Positions 45,063 to 54,823 of a stretch of 64,000 nucleotides of DNA are shown here, piece by piece. Within the stretch, counting starts at the first letter, position 1. The number at the start of each line of letters is the position of its first letter. Made by a program: the position numbers and the translations under genes. The stretch comes from an uncultured Armatimonadetes bacterium (GTDB lineage Bacteria > Armatimonadota > UBA5829 > DTJY01): the NCBI GenBank assembly GCA_963717145.1, contig OY970325.1:5088001-5152000 (forward strand), in the 5' to 3' direction. The notes below the pieces were generated by a model. It searched no databases. It was not told the origin of the DNA and saw only the letters and a list, made by a program, of their open reading frames with translations.

Positions 45063-45261
45063 TGGAAACAGCCTACCTCCCTGGTTGTGGGCTCCAGATC
45101 AATCACACTGTACTGCCTCCGTCCACAACTGTCAAGAGATGATAGGAGTGCGGAGTGCCGGAAAGCGGGTAGAAACAACAAACGCACGTTGCTCATTCCA
45201 CTGGCAAGGAGAATCCGACTTGGAGCGCGAGAGAGATGTACCGCCCGGGAGTCAGGGAGTC

Positions 45262-46488
45262 GTGAGAGCCGTATTCCGGTCGGCGCTGATACTGCTGGTC
45301 GTTGGCGTGTCCCTGGCCCAATGCTCGGCGGACACGGTCATAATGTGGCACCCGTGGGTCAAAGGCAGGAGCACGGTCGCGGCCCTGGCGGCGGAGTACA
45401 CTCGTCAGACGGGAGTGCGAATCGAGCTGCGGGTATTCGATCCGAACGGCTATTACCCCTGGAAGGGCGGCTCGAGGCCCGACATCATCGGGCTCAGCTT
45501 CCCGAGCAAGCTCTCCGTGAAGACGAACGCACGTCTTGGTCGCCTCTATGACATGCAGCCGTCGATTACCCAGGGCTGGTACGCGGACCTGTGGACCGGT
45601 CCCCTCGAGACATTCGTGCTGCGAGGGAGCGATGCGCCGAACCGCAAGACCGGCACCTATGGAGTGCCGCTGACCGTCAACGTGAGGGCATTCATCTACA
45701 ATAAGAATCTGTTCAAGCGGGCCGGCGTCTCCCCGCCGCGCACCTGGAGCGAGTTTCTCGCGATCTCACGGAAACTGAAGAGCATCGGTGTCGTCCCCTT
45801 GGCGGGTGGTCTCGACGGCACATATCCCAGCTTTCCGGTGATCTATGAGTGGAGCTATCTCGGATCTAACTACCTCCTGGAAACCTACTTTGGGCGCTAT
45901 CCGTACACGGGATCCCGCTGGCAGAACGAGTTCAGGATATACGACGAGATGCGCCGTTATGGCATGACGACGTACAGCGCGGCTCAGATGGACCGGCCCA
46001 CGGCGGAGAAGTACTTCCTCTCGGGTAAGGCGGCGGTGATCCTCGACGGGCCGTGGTTCGAGACGATGCGTCAGGCGGTCAATCCCGGCTTCACGAAGTG
46101 GGGGGTATTCGGCCCACCGGTGGACAACCGGTCTCCGTTCCTGCCTCGGCTTCCCGGCGGCGTGTCCGAGGGGGCGGTCGTGAACAACAGCAGCATCAAC
46201 AGGGTGGCGGCGACGCGGTTCCTTCGGTGGCTGACCGAACCCGCCCAGCAGGTGAAGCTTGCCAACGCCATGGACAGCATACCCGTATCTATCAGGGCAT
46301 CGAAGTCGTTTTCGCTGGAGAGTCACCTGCGGGCGTTCGCACCTTACGTGAACTACTCGACGACCGAACTGCGATATGAGGAGAGTCCTCGCGTCTTGTC
46401 AACGCTATACACCGGCGCGCGGAATGTCGTTCGAGGAACGACGACACCATCCAGTGCGCTGAATGCTGCTCAGGCGGAGGCGAGGTAG
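45262..46488 (+). CDS. Carbohydrate-type extracellular solute-binding protein (ABC family 1)
   Basis: Signal peptide, YGVP, YNK.LFK.AG..PP.TW.EF, F..GKAA...DGPW, A..FL.WL. Confidence 0.82.
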   Translation: MRAVFRSALILLVVGVSLAQCSADTVIMWHPWVKGRSTVAALAAEYTRQTGVRIELRVFDPNGYYPWKGGSRPDIIGLSFPSKLSVKTNARLGRLYDMQPSITQGWYADLWTGPLETFVLRGSDAPNRKTGTYGVPLTVNVRAFIYNKNLFKRAGVSPPRTWSEFLAISRKLKSIGVVPLAGGLDGTYPSFPVIYEWSYLGSNYLLETYFGRYPYTGSRWQNEFRIYDEMRRYGMTTYSAAQMDRPTAEKYFLSGKAAVILDGPWFETMRQAVNPGFTKWGVFGPPVDNRSPFLPRLPGGVSEGAVVNNSSINRVAATRFLRWLTEPAQQVKLANAMDSIPVSIRASKSFSLESHLRAFAPYVNYSTTELRYEESPRVLSTLYTGARNVVRGTTTPSSALNAAQAEAR

Positions 46489-46494
46489 ATACCG

Positions 46495-48387
46495 ATGTCG
46501 ATAAGAGCGCGCGCAACATTGGTTACGGCGATATTCCTGGCGCTGCTGACCCTGACGCTGATAGGCCTGTGGCTCGGCTTGCAGGGTCGCTATCTCTACA
46601 ACGAGCAGTACAGGCGGGCGCGCGTTGTTACACGACTGGTCGAGGAGGTCTCTCAGCAACCGCTGGAGGAGGGCCATATCTTGCGCCTGGCCGAGGTCGC
46701 CGACAAGACGGCTGCGGACAAGACGATCTCGCGAGTCCTGATCTCCGATCGTACAGGCGCCGTCATGGCAGACAGCAAGCACAGCGACTACCTCAACACA
46801 CCGTTGCTCATGAAGCGCGCTCTCACGACCCAAGGTATCATCATCGAGCCCAAAGCGGGATCTTGGTGGGGCGCAATGGCGGTCCGGAATGATCTCGGCC
46901 AAGTCTTGGGTGGAGTCATGATAGAATTCCCGGCAGCGGACCTGGAGTCGGCGCAGAGACGCAGTCGGATCATGGGCCTGCTGCTGGCACTGGCGGGCAT
47001 CGGAGCAGGGAGCGGGCTCGCGTTCTTTGCCGCGCAGGTCATCACTCGGCCGCTCCAGAGGCTGCTCGAGGCGATCCGACGTCTGCAGAGAGGCGAGGCA
47101 GCGGAACCGGTCCCGGCGTCCGGCGGACCGGAACTCGCAGAGATCGGCGCGGCGTTCAACGAGATGTCGGGCGAAGTGAGGGAGCGGTTGCGGCGGCTCG
47201 AACTCCTGAACCAGATGGCCGCCGATCTTCCTCCGGCGTCAGACTTTCAGGCGATTGCGTTGACGATCCGCCAGTTCGCCCGGTCGATCATGGAAGCCAA
47301 GTCGTACATCTGGGTGATGGACCAGCTTTCACGCACACTGTCCTCGGTCCCGGCTGAGGATGGCGAGGCGGTGGGTGAGCCGGTTGCGGTGTCGCCGGAT
47401 ATCGCGGCGGGCAGAGCTTCCATTGAGAGGCGGACCCTGATCATCGGCGGCGTGGAGGCCGATCTCCCGGCGGGATCCGAGATCGTTCCCGGTTTGTCGG
47501 CGGACTCGGCGATGGTACTGCCCCTCATCACGCAGGAGGGGATTGCCGGCGTGCTCGCGTTGGCGTTCCCGGAGTCGGGGCGATGGATGACGCAAGACGA
47601 TAGGGTGATCGCTCGGGCGATCGGAAACGCCGCTGGCCCGGTCATCATGGCCAGGCTGCGCGCCGAGACTCAGTCGCGCACGGCGGCCGCCCTCCAATCG
47701 CTTCTGGTACCGACGGAGATGCCGTCCACCGGAGTAGATGTAGGCGCAGTCTATGCTCCGGCGGAGGAGATGGCGGGTCTCGGAGGCGATTACTATGACC
47801 TCGTTCCGCTGGGCGAGGATCGCTGGTGCATCATTGTCGGCGACACATCGGGCAAAGGCCTGGAGGCTGCCCAGCATACGGCGACCGTCAAGTACGTGAT
47901 CCGGTCGTACGTCCTGGAATACGGCGATTCGGCGGAAGCGCTCTCATGGAGCAACCGCGCGCTCGTCCTCCAGGAGCGGGCCGGCATGTTCATAACGGTC
48001 TTCTGCGGGATACTCAACACGGGATCGGGCGACCTGTCATATGCCAATGCAGGACACACAGCGCCGATCCTTTACAGTCGGGCCACGGGGAAGGTGGAAT
48101 ACGGTACCGCCGAGGGAATGGTGCTCGGAGTGATGCAGGGCGCGACGTACACGGACGTGTCCACTCGCCTGGAGTCCGGCGACATCCTGTGCGTGTACAC
48201 GGATGGGATAACCGAGGCCAGACGCGGCGAGGAGTGGTTCGGAGAGTCCGGATTGTCCGAGGTCATAGTCGCGAATGCGGACCGCACGGCGGATGAGATC
48301 TGCCAGGCCGTTCTGGGAAAGGTCAGGAATTTCCGGGGCGAGGGCCTGAAAGACGATGTAGTCCTCGTTGTCCTCAAGATGCCCTGA
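46495..48387 (+). CDS. Membrane HAMP-GAF-PP2C/SpoIIE phosphatase
   Basis: Two TM with a periplasmic loop, ITRPL..L...E...IG.AFN.M (HAMP), GGDYYD, GDTSGKG, AGH, YTDGI.E, DD. Confidence 0.88.
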   Translation: MSIRARATLVTAIFLALLTLTLIGLWLGLQGRYLYNEQYRRARVVTRLVEEVSQQPLEEGHILRLAEVADKTAADKTISRVLISDRTGAVMADSKHSDYLNTPLLMKRALTTQGIIIEPKAGSWWGAMAVRNDLGQVLGGVMIEFPAADLESAQRRSRIMGLLLALAGIGAGSGLAFFAAQVITRPLQRLLEAIRRLQRGEAAEPVPASGGPELAEIGAAFNEMSGEVRERLRRLELLNQMAADLPPASDFQAIALTIRQFARSIMEAKSYIWVMDQLSRTLSSVPAEDGEAVGEPVAVSPDIAAGRASIERRTLIIGGVEADLPAGSEIVPGLSADSAMVLPLITQEGIAGVLALAFPESGRWMTQDDRVIARAIGNAAGPVIMARLRAETQSRTAAALQSLLVPTEMPSTGVDVGAVYAPAEEMAGLGGDYYDLVPLGEDRWCIIVGDTSGKGLEAAQHTATVKYVIRSYVLEYGDSAEALSWSNRALVLQERAGMFITVFCGILNTGSGDLSYANAGHTAPILYSRATGKVEYGTAEGMVLGVMQGATYTDVSTRLESGDILCVYTDGITEARRGEEWFGESGLSEVIVANADRTADEICQAVLGKVRNFRGEGLKDDVVLVVLKMP

Positions 48388-48562
48388 CGAAATGCGGAAT
48401 GCGGGATTACGAATGCAGAATTGCGCATCCCCAACACCCACTACCGGGCCGTCTTGCGCCTCCTCTCCGTGCTGTGGTAGAGTCTGGGTGTCCCGGCGTT
48501 GGTGCGGATTTGTAATCCGGCCCGAACGCCTGAAGTATGAGTATGAGCGATCGGAGGCACAA

Positions 48563-49645
48563 ATGTCTTTCAATGGACTCGGGATGAACCTGGGCAACCT
48601 CTCGCGGCTATCATCGGCCAGGACGCGGTCGATCAGCCCTGAGAACTTCACCGGCGAGAAGGGCAAGGCCGGGATGTCGACCGACGGCCCCGCGATGAAC
48701 GCCGCCCGCGACCTCGGCCAGGGATGGAAGGTCTCGCCCTACATCCGCATCCAGCCGGGCGAGGAGCGCCTGCTCGCGGATATCGACGGGCCGGGCGCGA
48801 TCCAGCACATATGGATGACGCCGACCGGCCACTGGCGGTTCAGCATCATCCGCTTCTACTGGGACGGCGAGCCGACCCCGTCTGTCGAGTGCCCCGTGGG
48901 CGATTTCTTCGCATGCGGGTGGCAGAAGTACGCGCAGCTCTCATCGCTCCCGATCTGCGTCAACCCCGGGAGCGCGTTCAACTGCTACTGGGAGATGCCG
49001 TTCCGCAACTCGTGCCGCATCACGATGACGAACATCGCGCCAGAGGAGATGACGCTCTACTACCAGATCGACTACACGCTCACAGAAGTGCCGGAGGACT
49101 GTGCGTACTTCCATGCCCAGTTCCGCCGCACGAACCCGCTCCCGCACAAGGATGTCTACACGATCGCAGATGGCATCAAGGGGCAGGGGCAGTTCGTCGG
49201 CACATATATGGCGTGGGGCGTCAACAACACCGGCTGGTGGGGCGAAGGGGAGATCAAGTTCTTCATGGACGGGGACACCGATTTTCCGACGATCTGCGGC
49301 ACCGGCACGGAGGATTACTTCTGCGGCTCGTACAACTTCGATGTCGGCAAGGAAAACGGCGGATACAGGGAGTTCACGACCCCCTACGCCGGACTCCCGC
49401 AGGTGATACGCCCGGACGGACTCTACCAGTCGCAGCAGCGGTTCGGGCTCTATCGCTGGCACATCATGGACCCGGTGCGCTTCGAGAGCGACCTCAAGGT
49501 GACGATCCAGGCGCTGGGCTGGCGGAGTGGCGGACGGTATCTTCCGCTCCAAGATGACATCGCGTCGGTTGCGTTCTGGTATCAGGCCGAGCCACATGCC
49601 GCATTTCCATCTCTCCCGGAGAAGGATTGCCTCGAGGTGATCTAG
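48563..49645 (+). CDS. DUF2961 (GH172-like) glycoside hydrolase
   Basis: TRSISPENFTGEKG, GPGAIQHIWMT, YFHAQFRR, WWGEGEIKF, GTGTEDYF, YRWHIMDP. Confidence 0.9.
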   Translation: MSFNGLGMNLGNLSRLSSARTRSISPENFTGEKGKAGMSTDGPAMNAARDLGQGWKVSPYIRIQPGEERLLADIDGPGAIQHIWMTPTGHWRFSIIRFYWDGEPTPSVECPVGDFFACGWQKYAQLSSLPICVNPGSAFNCYWEMPFRNSCRITMTNIAPEEMTLYYQIDYTLTEVPEDCAYFHAQFRRTNPLPHKDVYTIADGIKGQGQFVGTYMAWGVNNTGWWGEGEIKFFMDGDTDFPTICGTGTEDYFCGSYNFDVGKENGGYREFTTPYAGLPQVIRPDGLYQSQQRFGLYRWHIMDPVRFESDLKVTIQALGWRSGGRYLPLQDDIASVAFWYQAEPHAAFPSLPEKDCLEVI

Positions 49646-49778
49646 AAGGGCACAGTTATGGACGGTCGATCCCGGCGTAGAGAGGTCTGGGATGCGCTCC
49701 GGAGCCGTTTTGGCGACAAAGCCGATTGGGTAGAATAGTTCATCTAGTGGTACTCGACCGCTGTACAGGTGATATCGA

Positions 49779-52121
49779 ATGATCTGGTATCTGCACTCGG
49801 CTGGCCCAGCCGATGACGAGTGTGGCGGCACAACATCTCCCGCGAATGACCGAAGCGAGTTCTCCTGTGTTCCCAACAGGGCGCGCCGGGGGATTCTCGT
49901 CACCGGCACACTGACTGCGCTGATCGGGCTTTTTTGGTTCGCTGCCTGGATGGCTGGGGTCGTCCCGCAGTGGTCGGCCACAGGGATGATCACGCCGAAG
50001 ACCAATATGGCGCTGGCTCAGCTCATGGGCGGGGTCGCATTGCTGCTCCTGGGCCTCAGGAGGGCCGGAGGAGCCCGGCGCTGGGTCGGGGCAATCCTCG
50101 CGGCACTGGTGATGCTTCTCGGAGCGCTTACCCTCAGTGAGCACCTCTTCGGGTGGAACCTCGGCATAGACCAGTTGCTGGCGACGGAGCCTCCCGGGCC
50201 GGTGGGAGTGGCGAGCAACAATCGCATGGGTCCGCCCGGATCGCTGTGTCATATGCTCCTGGGAATCGGGCTGCTCGCACTGGCCTTGAGAAGACGCGCG
50301 ATGGTGCCCTACCTGGGGCTGGCGGTCTGTGTGATCAACCTCGTCCCGGCGGTCGGCTTCCTGTATGGGATCGGTCCGTTTTATGATGCACCACACCTGA
50401 CCTTCATCGCCTGGCCGACGGTGATCGCGCTGATGTCACTCGGGATCGGGCTAGTGCTTTCGTCCGGCGACTTACGTCCTGTGGCGCTCTTCTTCAGCAA
50501 CGACCCGGGTGGGAGGCTATTGCGCCGGCTTCTCCCGACGGTGTTGTTGATCACTGTGACACTCGGCTTTTTCGCGGTACAGATCGAGCGCCGGGGGATA
50601 TATGCGGTGGAAACCGCTACCGGCCTGCTGACTATCTTGCTGATCCTGGTCTTCTCGGTGATGCTGAAGCAGAGCGCCAGGCGCCTGAGCCGATCCTTCG
50701 CGGCACAGAGTGAGAGCGAGGCGCGGTTGAGGTTGGCGCAGTCGGCGGCTCGCATCGGTACGTTCGAGTGGAATGTCAAGACCAACGTGAACACATGGAC
50801 TCCGGAACTGGAAGCGATGCACGGCCTTCTGCCCGGCGGCTTCTCAGGAACCCAGAAGGACTGGGAGGATCTCGTCCACCCCGAAGACCGCGCCGAGGCA
50901 GTGCGCCTAGTGGAGCATTCCTTCGAGACGGGCCGGCCCACCGAGGGCGAATGGCGTGTAGTCTGGCCGGATGGAAGCCTTCACTGGCTTTCCGCGCGTT
51001 GGCAGGTGTTCAAGGACGAATCCGGGGAGCCGCTCCGCATGACAGGTGTCAATATCGACATCACCGAGCGCAAGCGGTCGGAGAATACCGTACAGGCGAG
51101 CGTCCGAATGCTGACCGCTGCCAATACGGCAGCGAGATCCGTAGATGAGACGATTCAGATAGTGCTCGACGAGATCGAGACTCTGACGGGCAGCACGATC
51201 AGCTTCTACCATTTCCTTGACGCCGATCAGGAAACGCTTACGTTGCAGGCTTGGTCGAACAACACCTTGCGGACCATGTGTACAGCAGAGGGAAAGGGCA
51301 GCCACTACCCGGTGTCCCAGGCCGGAGTCTGGGTGGACTGCCTTCGGGAGCGGCGTCCGGTCATCCACAACGACTACGCTTCCCTTTCGAATCGCAAGGG
51401 ACTGCCGCCGGGCCACGCGCCGATCATCCGCGAGTTGGTCGTCCCCGTCGTGAGGTGCGATCGAATCGTGGCAATCATCGGAGTGGGCAACAAGCCGACC
51501 GACTACGATGAGAGAGATGTGGAGGCCGTCTGTTGTCTGGGCGACTTGTCATGGGTAGTGGTCGAACGCAAGAGGGCGGAGGAGGCTCTACACGAAGCTG
51601 AGAAGAGCAAGCTCGAGTTCTACCGCCTGACGATCGCGGCGGCCACGGATGGGAGACTGGTCATCACCGAACGGTCCGAGATCGAACGGATCGCGGGGAC
51701 TTCGGTCGCATCCTGGGATATCCACGGCCCGGAAGACACCAAGACCGTCCGGCACGGGGTTGAGGTCACGGCCCGGTCCGCCGGCGTTGATGAACAAAGG
51801 CTCGGGCAACTCGCCGTCGCAGTCGGTGAAGCGACCACAAACGCGATTAAGCATGCCCGCAGCGGTTGCGCGTCCCTGCACTGTCCGGACAGTTGCCTGA
51901 TACTGGTAGTGTCGGACAACGGCCCGGGCATTCCGGCGCTGACTCTGCCTGAGGTGGCCCTGAAACGAGGCTACTCTACCGCGGGGACGCTCGGAATGGG
52001 GTACAAACTGATGATCCAGTTCGCGGACAGAATCTACCTTGCCACGGACGAGGAGGGAACGACGGTTGCCCTCGAGATGAAACTGGGGAAGACCGCTAAC
52101 GCCCACGGAGGCAGACTATGA
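49779..52121 (+). CDS. Multi-TM PAS-GAF sensor fused to an RsbW/RsbT-like HATPase (anti-sigma Ser kinase); start uncertain
   Basis: About 7 TM, PAS (HPEDR, DITERK), GAF; C-terminal VGEATTNAIKHA, VSDNGPGI, GYSTAGTLGMG; no HisKA H-box visible. Confidence 0.8.
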   Translation: MIWYLHSAGPADDECGGTTSPANDRSEFSCVPNRARRGILVTGTLTALIGLFWFAAWMAGVVPQWSATGMITPKTNMALAQLMGGVALLLLGLRRAGGARRWVGAILAALVMLLGALTLSEHLFGWNLGIDQLLATEPPGPVGVASNNRMGPPGSLCHMLLGIGLLALALRRRAMVPYLGLAVCVINLVPAVGFLYGIGPFYDAPHLTFIAWPTVIALMSLGIGLVLSSGDLRPVALFFSNDPGGRLLRRLLPTVLLITVTLGFFAVQIERRGIYAVETATGLLTILLILVFSVMLKQSARRLSRSFAAQSESEARLRLAQSAARIGTFEWNVKTNVNTWTPELEAMHGLLPGGFSGTQKDWEDLVHPEDRAEAVRLVEHSFETGRPTEGEWRVVWPDGSLHWLSARWQVFKDESGEPLRMTGVNIDITERKRSENTVQASVRMLTAANTAARSVDETIQIVLDEIETLTGSTISFYHFLDADQETLTLQAWSNNTLRTMCTAEGKGSHYPVSQAGVWVDCLRERRPVIHNDYASLSNRKGLPPGHAPIIRELVVPVVRCDRIVAIIGVGNKPTDYDERDVEAVCCLGDLSWVVVERKRAEEALHEAEKSKLEFYRLTIAAATDGRLVITERSEIERIAGTSVASWDIHGPEDTKTVRHGVEVTARSAGVDEQRLGQLAVAVGEATTNAIKHARSGCASLHCPDSCLILVVSDNGPGIPALTLPEVALKRGYSTAGTLGMGYKLMIQFADRIYLATDEEGTTVALEMKLGKTANAHGGRL

Positions 52122-52459
52122 GCATAGAACTGATCCAGGACGGCAGAACGATCGTCCGAGCGACGGACGAGATCGATCTCGCCAATATTGCCGAGTTCGA
52201 CAGAGTTCTTGGCGATGCAGCGACGATGGCTCCGAAGGGGTTTGTCATCGACCTGTCGGAAGCGACATACATCGACAGCGCGGGCGTCCAGGCGATCTTC
52301 GGCGTGTATATGAAGATCTACGAGGCGGACGGCTGTCTCGCTCTGGTGGTCGGCAACCCCCGAATCAAGAGTGTGCTGGAGGTGGTTCACCTGGAGCAGC
52401 TCTCCAACATGTGCGTTTGCGAGGACTTGGATTCCGCGAAGGAAGGGCTGCTCCAGTAG
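52118..52459 (+). CDS. STAS-domain anti-anti-sigma factor (RsbV/SpoIIAA-like)
   Basis: EIDL, VIDLS..TYIDSAG with the phosphoacceptor Ser; overlaps the kinase stop codon. Confidence 0.88.
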   Translation: MSIELIQDGRTIVRATDEIDLANIAEFDRVLGDAATMAPKGFVIDLSEATYIDSAGVQAIFGVYMKIYEADGCLALVVGNPRIKSVLEVVHLEQLSNMCVCEDLDSAKEGLLQ

Positions 52460-52596
52460 TCAGGCAGGATCGGCTGAGCGATAAGTTGCGCAGGGTGGTT
52501 ACATTTTCCCGTATGATTCTCAGCTAAGGAAAGCCGGAACACCGCCCGATAATATGGGTTGGAATGTAGTCTGGCATAGTCCTCCATGTAAGACAG

Positions 52597-52636
52597 GTGA
52601 AAACGGCCCGGGGATCTTCTCCCGGGCCGTTTTCAC
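52597..52636. terminator. Bidirectional intrinsic terminator between convergent genes
   Basis: GTGAAAACGGCCCGGG-GATCTTCT-CCCGGGCCGTTTTCAC. Confidence 0.75.
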
Positions 52637-52684
52637 GTCTAGCCCTCTCCAGCATGTCGAGGACAAAGATCAGGTCGGGGCGCT

Positions 52685-54031
52685 TCACCCCGTCTCCAGC
52701 TTGCCTTCCCACTCCGCGAGGCGCTTTCGGAGATCCGAGACCGTTCCGGCGTGCTTCGACTCCTCCGCGAGGTTGTGCATCTCCCAGGGATCGGTCCGCA
52801 TGTCGAAGAGCTGCTCGACGGGATCGTCCTTGAAGGCCACGAACTTGTACTCCGGCGTGCGGAGCATCCGCCCGGTGATGAGGCACTCGCTCACGATGAA
52901 CTCCCGCCACTCGGTGGATCGTCCCTCCACGAGCGGCCTCAGGCTTCTTCCCCTTGCCAGAGGTGGCGCTTCGACCCCGGCGAAATCGCATAAGGTCGGC
53001 GCGATATCGAGCCCCGAGACGAGATGAGTCTTATCGATCGTGCCGCCGTCCTTCGCTCCCGGGAGGCACACGACCGTCGGTACTCGAATCGCCTCGTCGT
53101 ATGTGAAGAACTTGGTGACGAGCTTCCTGCGCCCGAGTCCGTCGCCGTGATCGACGGTCCAGACGATCAGTGTGTTCGACGCATGCTTCGAAGCATCGAG
53201 CGCATCGAGGATTCGTCCGATCTCGGCGTCGACCATCTCCACGTGGCGGTAGTAGCTCCAGATGTAGAACCGCCAGAACTCGTCGGTCCATGCGGCTGTC
53301 TTGCCACGGAGCCTTGCCAGATGCTCGGCCTGGACCTGGGCTTCCTTGCCGACGGACTCGAAGTTGTCGGGCAGCGGAGGCAACTCGCCCTTGATCTGCG
53401 GATATGGAAGGTCGCCGCTGTACCCCTCATGCGCGGTGTGCCAGTAGCAGCAGTCGTGCGGCTGAAGGAGTCCGACGTTGAGGAAGAACGACTTGTCGCC
53501 CGAGTAGTTCCGGAGAAACGCCTGCGCCGACTTCGAGACGACAGAATCGGTGTGCTGCCCAAGGTGCGATGGATTCGACGTGAGCACGGTGAATCCGCTC
53601 TGGTTCGTGCGGCCGGGCATGTGCCACTTGCCGGTGTAGAAGGTCGCATATCCTCTGCTCTTGAACCACTGGCCCAGATCGGGCATATCGGGATCGAGCT
53701 TGTGGTTGTTGTCCAGCATCCCGTTCTCAGAGGCGGTGCGTCCCGTGTACCAGCACGCGCGCGCCGGGCAGCATACGGGGCTCGCGGAATAGGAGTCAGT
53801 GAACGCGGTCCCTCGTTTCATCAGCCGGTCCATGTTCGGTGTCTTCAGCCATTTGTTGCCCAGACCTGAGATGGCGTCGAAATGCTGCTGGTCGGTGTGG
53901 ATGAACAGCAGGTTCGGCTTCGACTTCGGGACGAGGGTCTCAGCGAATGCCCCGCTCCCCGCGAGCGCGAGTCCGGAGACGCCGAGCGCCGTCCCACGTA
54001 TGAATTCCCGCCTGGTGATTGGATTGCTCAT
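52685..54031 (-). CDS. Tat-exported Cys-type sulfatase
   Basis: ITRREFI twin-arginine signal, KPNLLFIHTDQ, CCPAR, GKWH, DHGDG. Confidence 0.92.
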   Translation of the reverse strand: MSNPITRREFIRGTALGVSGLALAGSGAFAETLVPKSKPNLLFIHTDQQHFDAISGLGNKWLKTPNMDRLMKRGTAFTDSYSASPVCCPARACWYTGRTASENGMLDNNHKLDPDMPDLGQWFKSRGYATFYTGKWHMPGRTNQSGFTVLTSNPSHLGQHTDSVVSKSAQAFLRNYSGDKSFFLNVGLLQPHDCCYWHTAHEGYSGDLPYPQIKGELPPLPDNFESVGKEAQVQAEHLARLRGKTAAWTDEFWRFYIWSYYRHVEMVDAEIGRILDALDASKHASNTLIVWTVDHGDGLGRRKLVTKFFTYDEAIRVPTVVCLPGAKDGGTIDKTHLVSGLDIAPTLCDFAGVEAPPLARGRSLRPLVEGRSTEWREFIVSECLITGRMLRTPEYKFVAFKDDPVEQLFDMRTDPWEMHNLAEESKHAGTVSDLRKRLAEWEGKLETG

Positions 54032-54055
54032 TTCATACCTCTCACTGCCACCGCC

Positions 54056-54116
54056 GTAGGGGCGTGCCTTGCGCCGCCCGGCACCGGGTTACAGGCGGCA
54101 CAAGGCACGCCCCTAC
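54056..54116. repeat. GTAG REP-like inverted doublet, family B (second copy)
   Basis: Arms match 8698-8758 with a different spacer. Confidence 0.85.
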
Positions 54117-54808
54117 GGCGCCGCTTCCGGCAATACTGAGTCGAGAAGAAACGCGCGTCGTCCTCCGACGGCGATCAGCAGCCGGTGCCGGTCGTCGAGC
54201 CAATAGGTTGTGGGCAGGATTCCCCGGCCGATATGCTCGAATGAGTGCAGTTTCGTCATCCGCCCCCCGAGTTCCACCTCGGCAGTCTCGCCGGGGAATA
54301 GCCTCTGCTCGGGCCTGGACAGCTCCAACTCCTCGAGCATGTCGAACCGCAACTCCTTTGCGTCGAATGGCAGGCGCTGGACCGCATCGAAGAGCGACCA
54401 GTTGCTGCTCAGCCGTCGGGAGGCATGGATAGCCTCCTCGCCGGAGATGCTGACGGCGGTCAGCTTCACCTGCTTGCCATTGGGGTCGAGGATCTCGGAG
54501 TCGATCTTCCACCTCAGTGGCGTCGAGAGATCATCCGCCGCGCACGTGACGCCTGCTCTCGTCTTCCCCGAGCCGTTCGTGCCGGCCATCTTGATGATCT
54601 GCGTCACTTGCAGGCGGATCTCCCCGTCAGGCGTGAGTCTGCGACGTATCCGAAGGCTCCCCGCCAGCTCGCTCTTGGTGGATTGCGAACGGGCGGGATT
54701 CCACATGACGTAGTTGGACTCCCACTCGCCGTTCGGATCGAAGGGCTCAGTCGGAACATGGACTCCGGGCAGGCAATCGCTCAGCAGATCGAGGGAATAC
54801 GGCAGCAT
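54113..54808 (-). CDS. Hypothetical protein
   Basis: 231-aa ORF with SD GGAGGAG, co-oriented in the operon; no motif recognised. Confidence 0.6.
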   Translation of the reverse strand: MLPYSLDLLSDCLPGVHVPTEPFDPNGEWESNYVMWNPARSQSTKSELAGSLRIRRRLTPDGEIRLQVTQIIKMAGTNGSGKTRAGVTCAADDLSTPLRWKIDSEILDPNGKQVKLTAVSISGEEAIHASRRLSSNWSLFDAVQRLPFDAKELRFDMLEELELSRPEQRLFPGETAEVELGGRMTKLHSFEHIGRGILPTTYWLDDRHRLLIAVGGRRAFLLDSVLPEAAP

Positions 54809-54823
54809 ACGGATCTCCTCCGC

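Noticed and set aside
44412-45551. 379-aa plus-strand ORF, and other long antisense ORFs in the track
   Set aside because: Shadow ORFs opposite well-supported genes in high-GC DNA, with no recognisable motifs.
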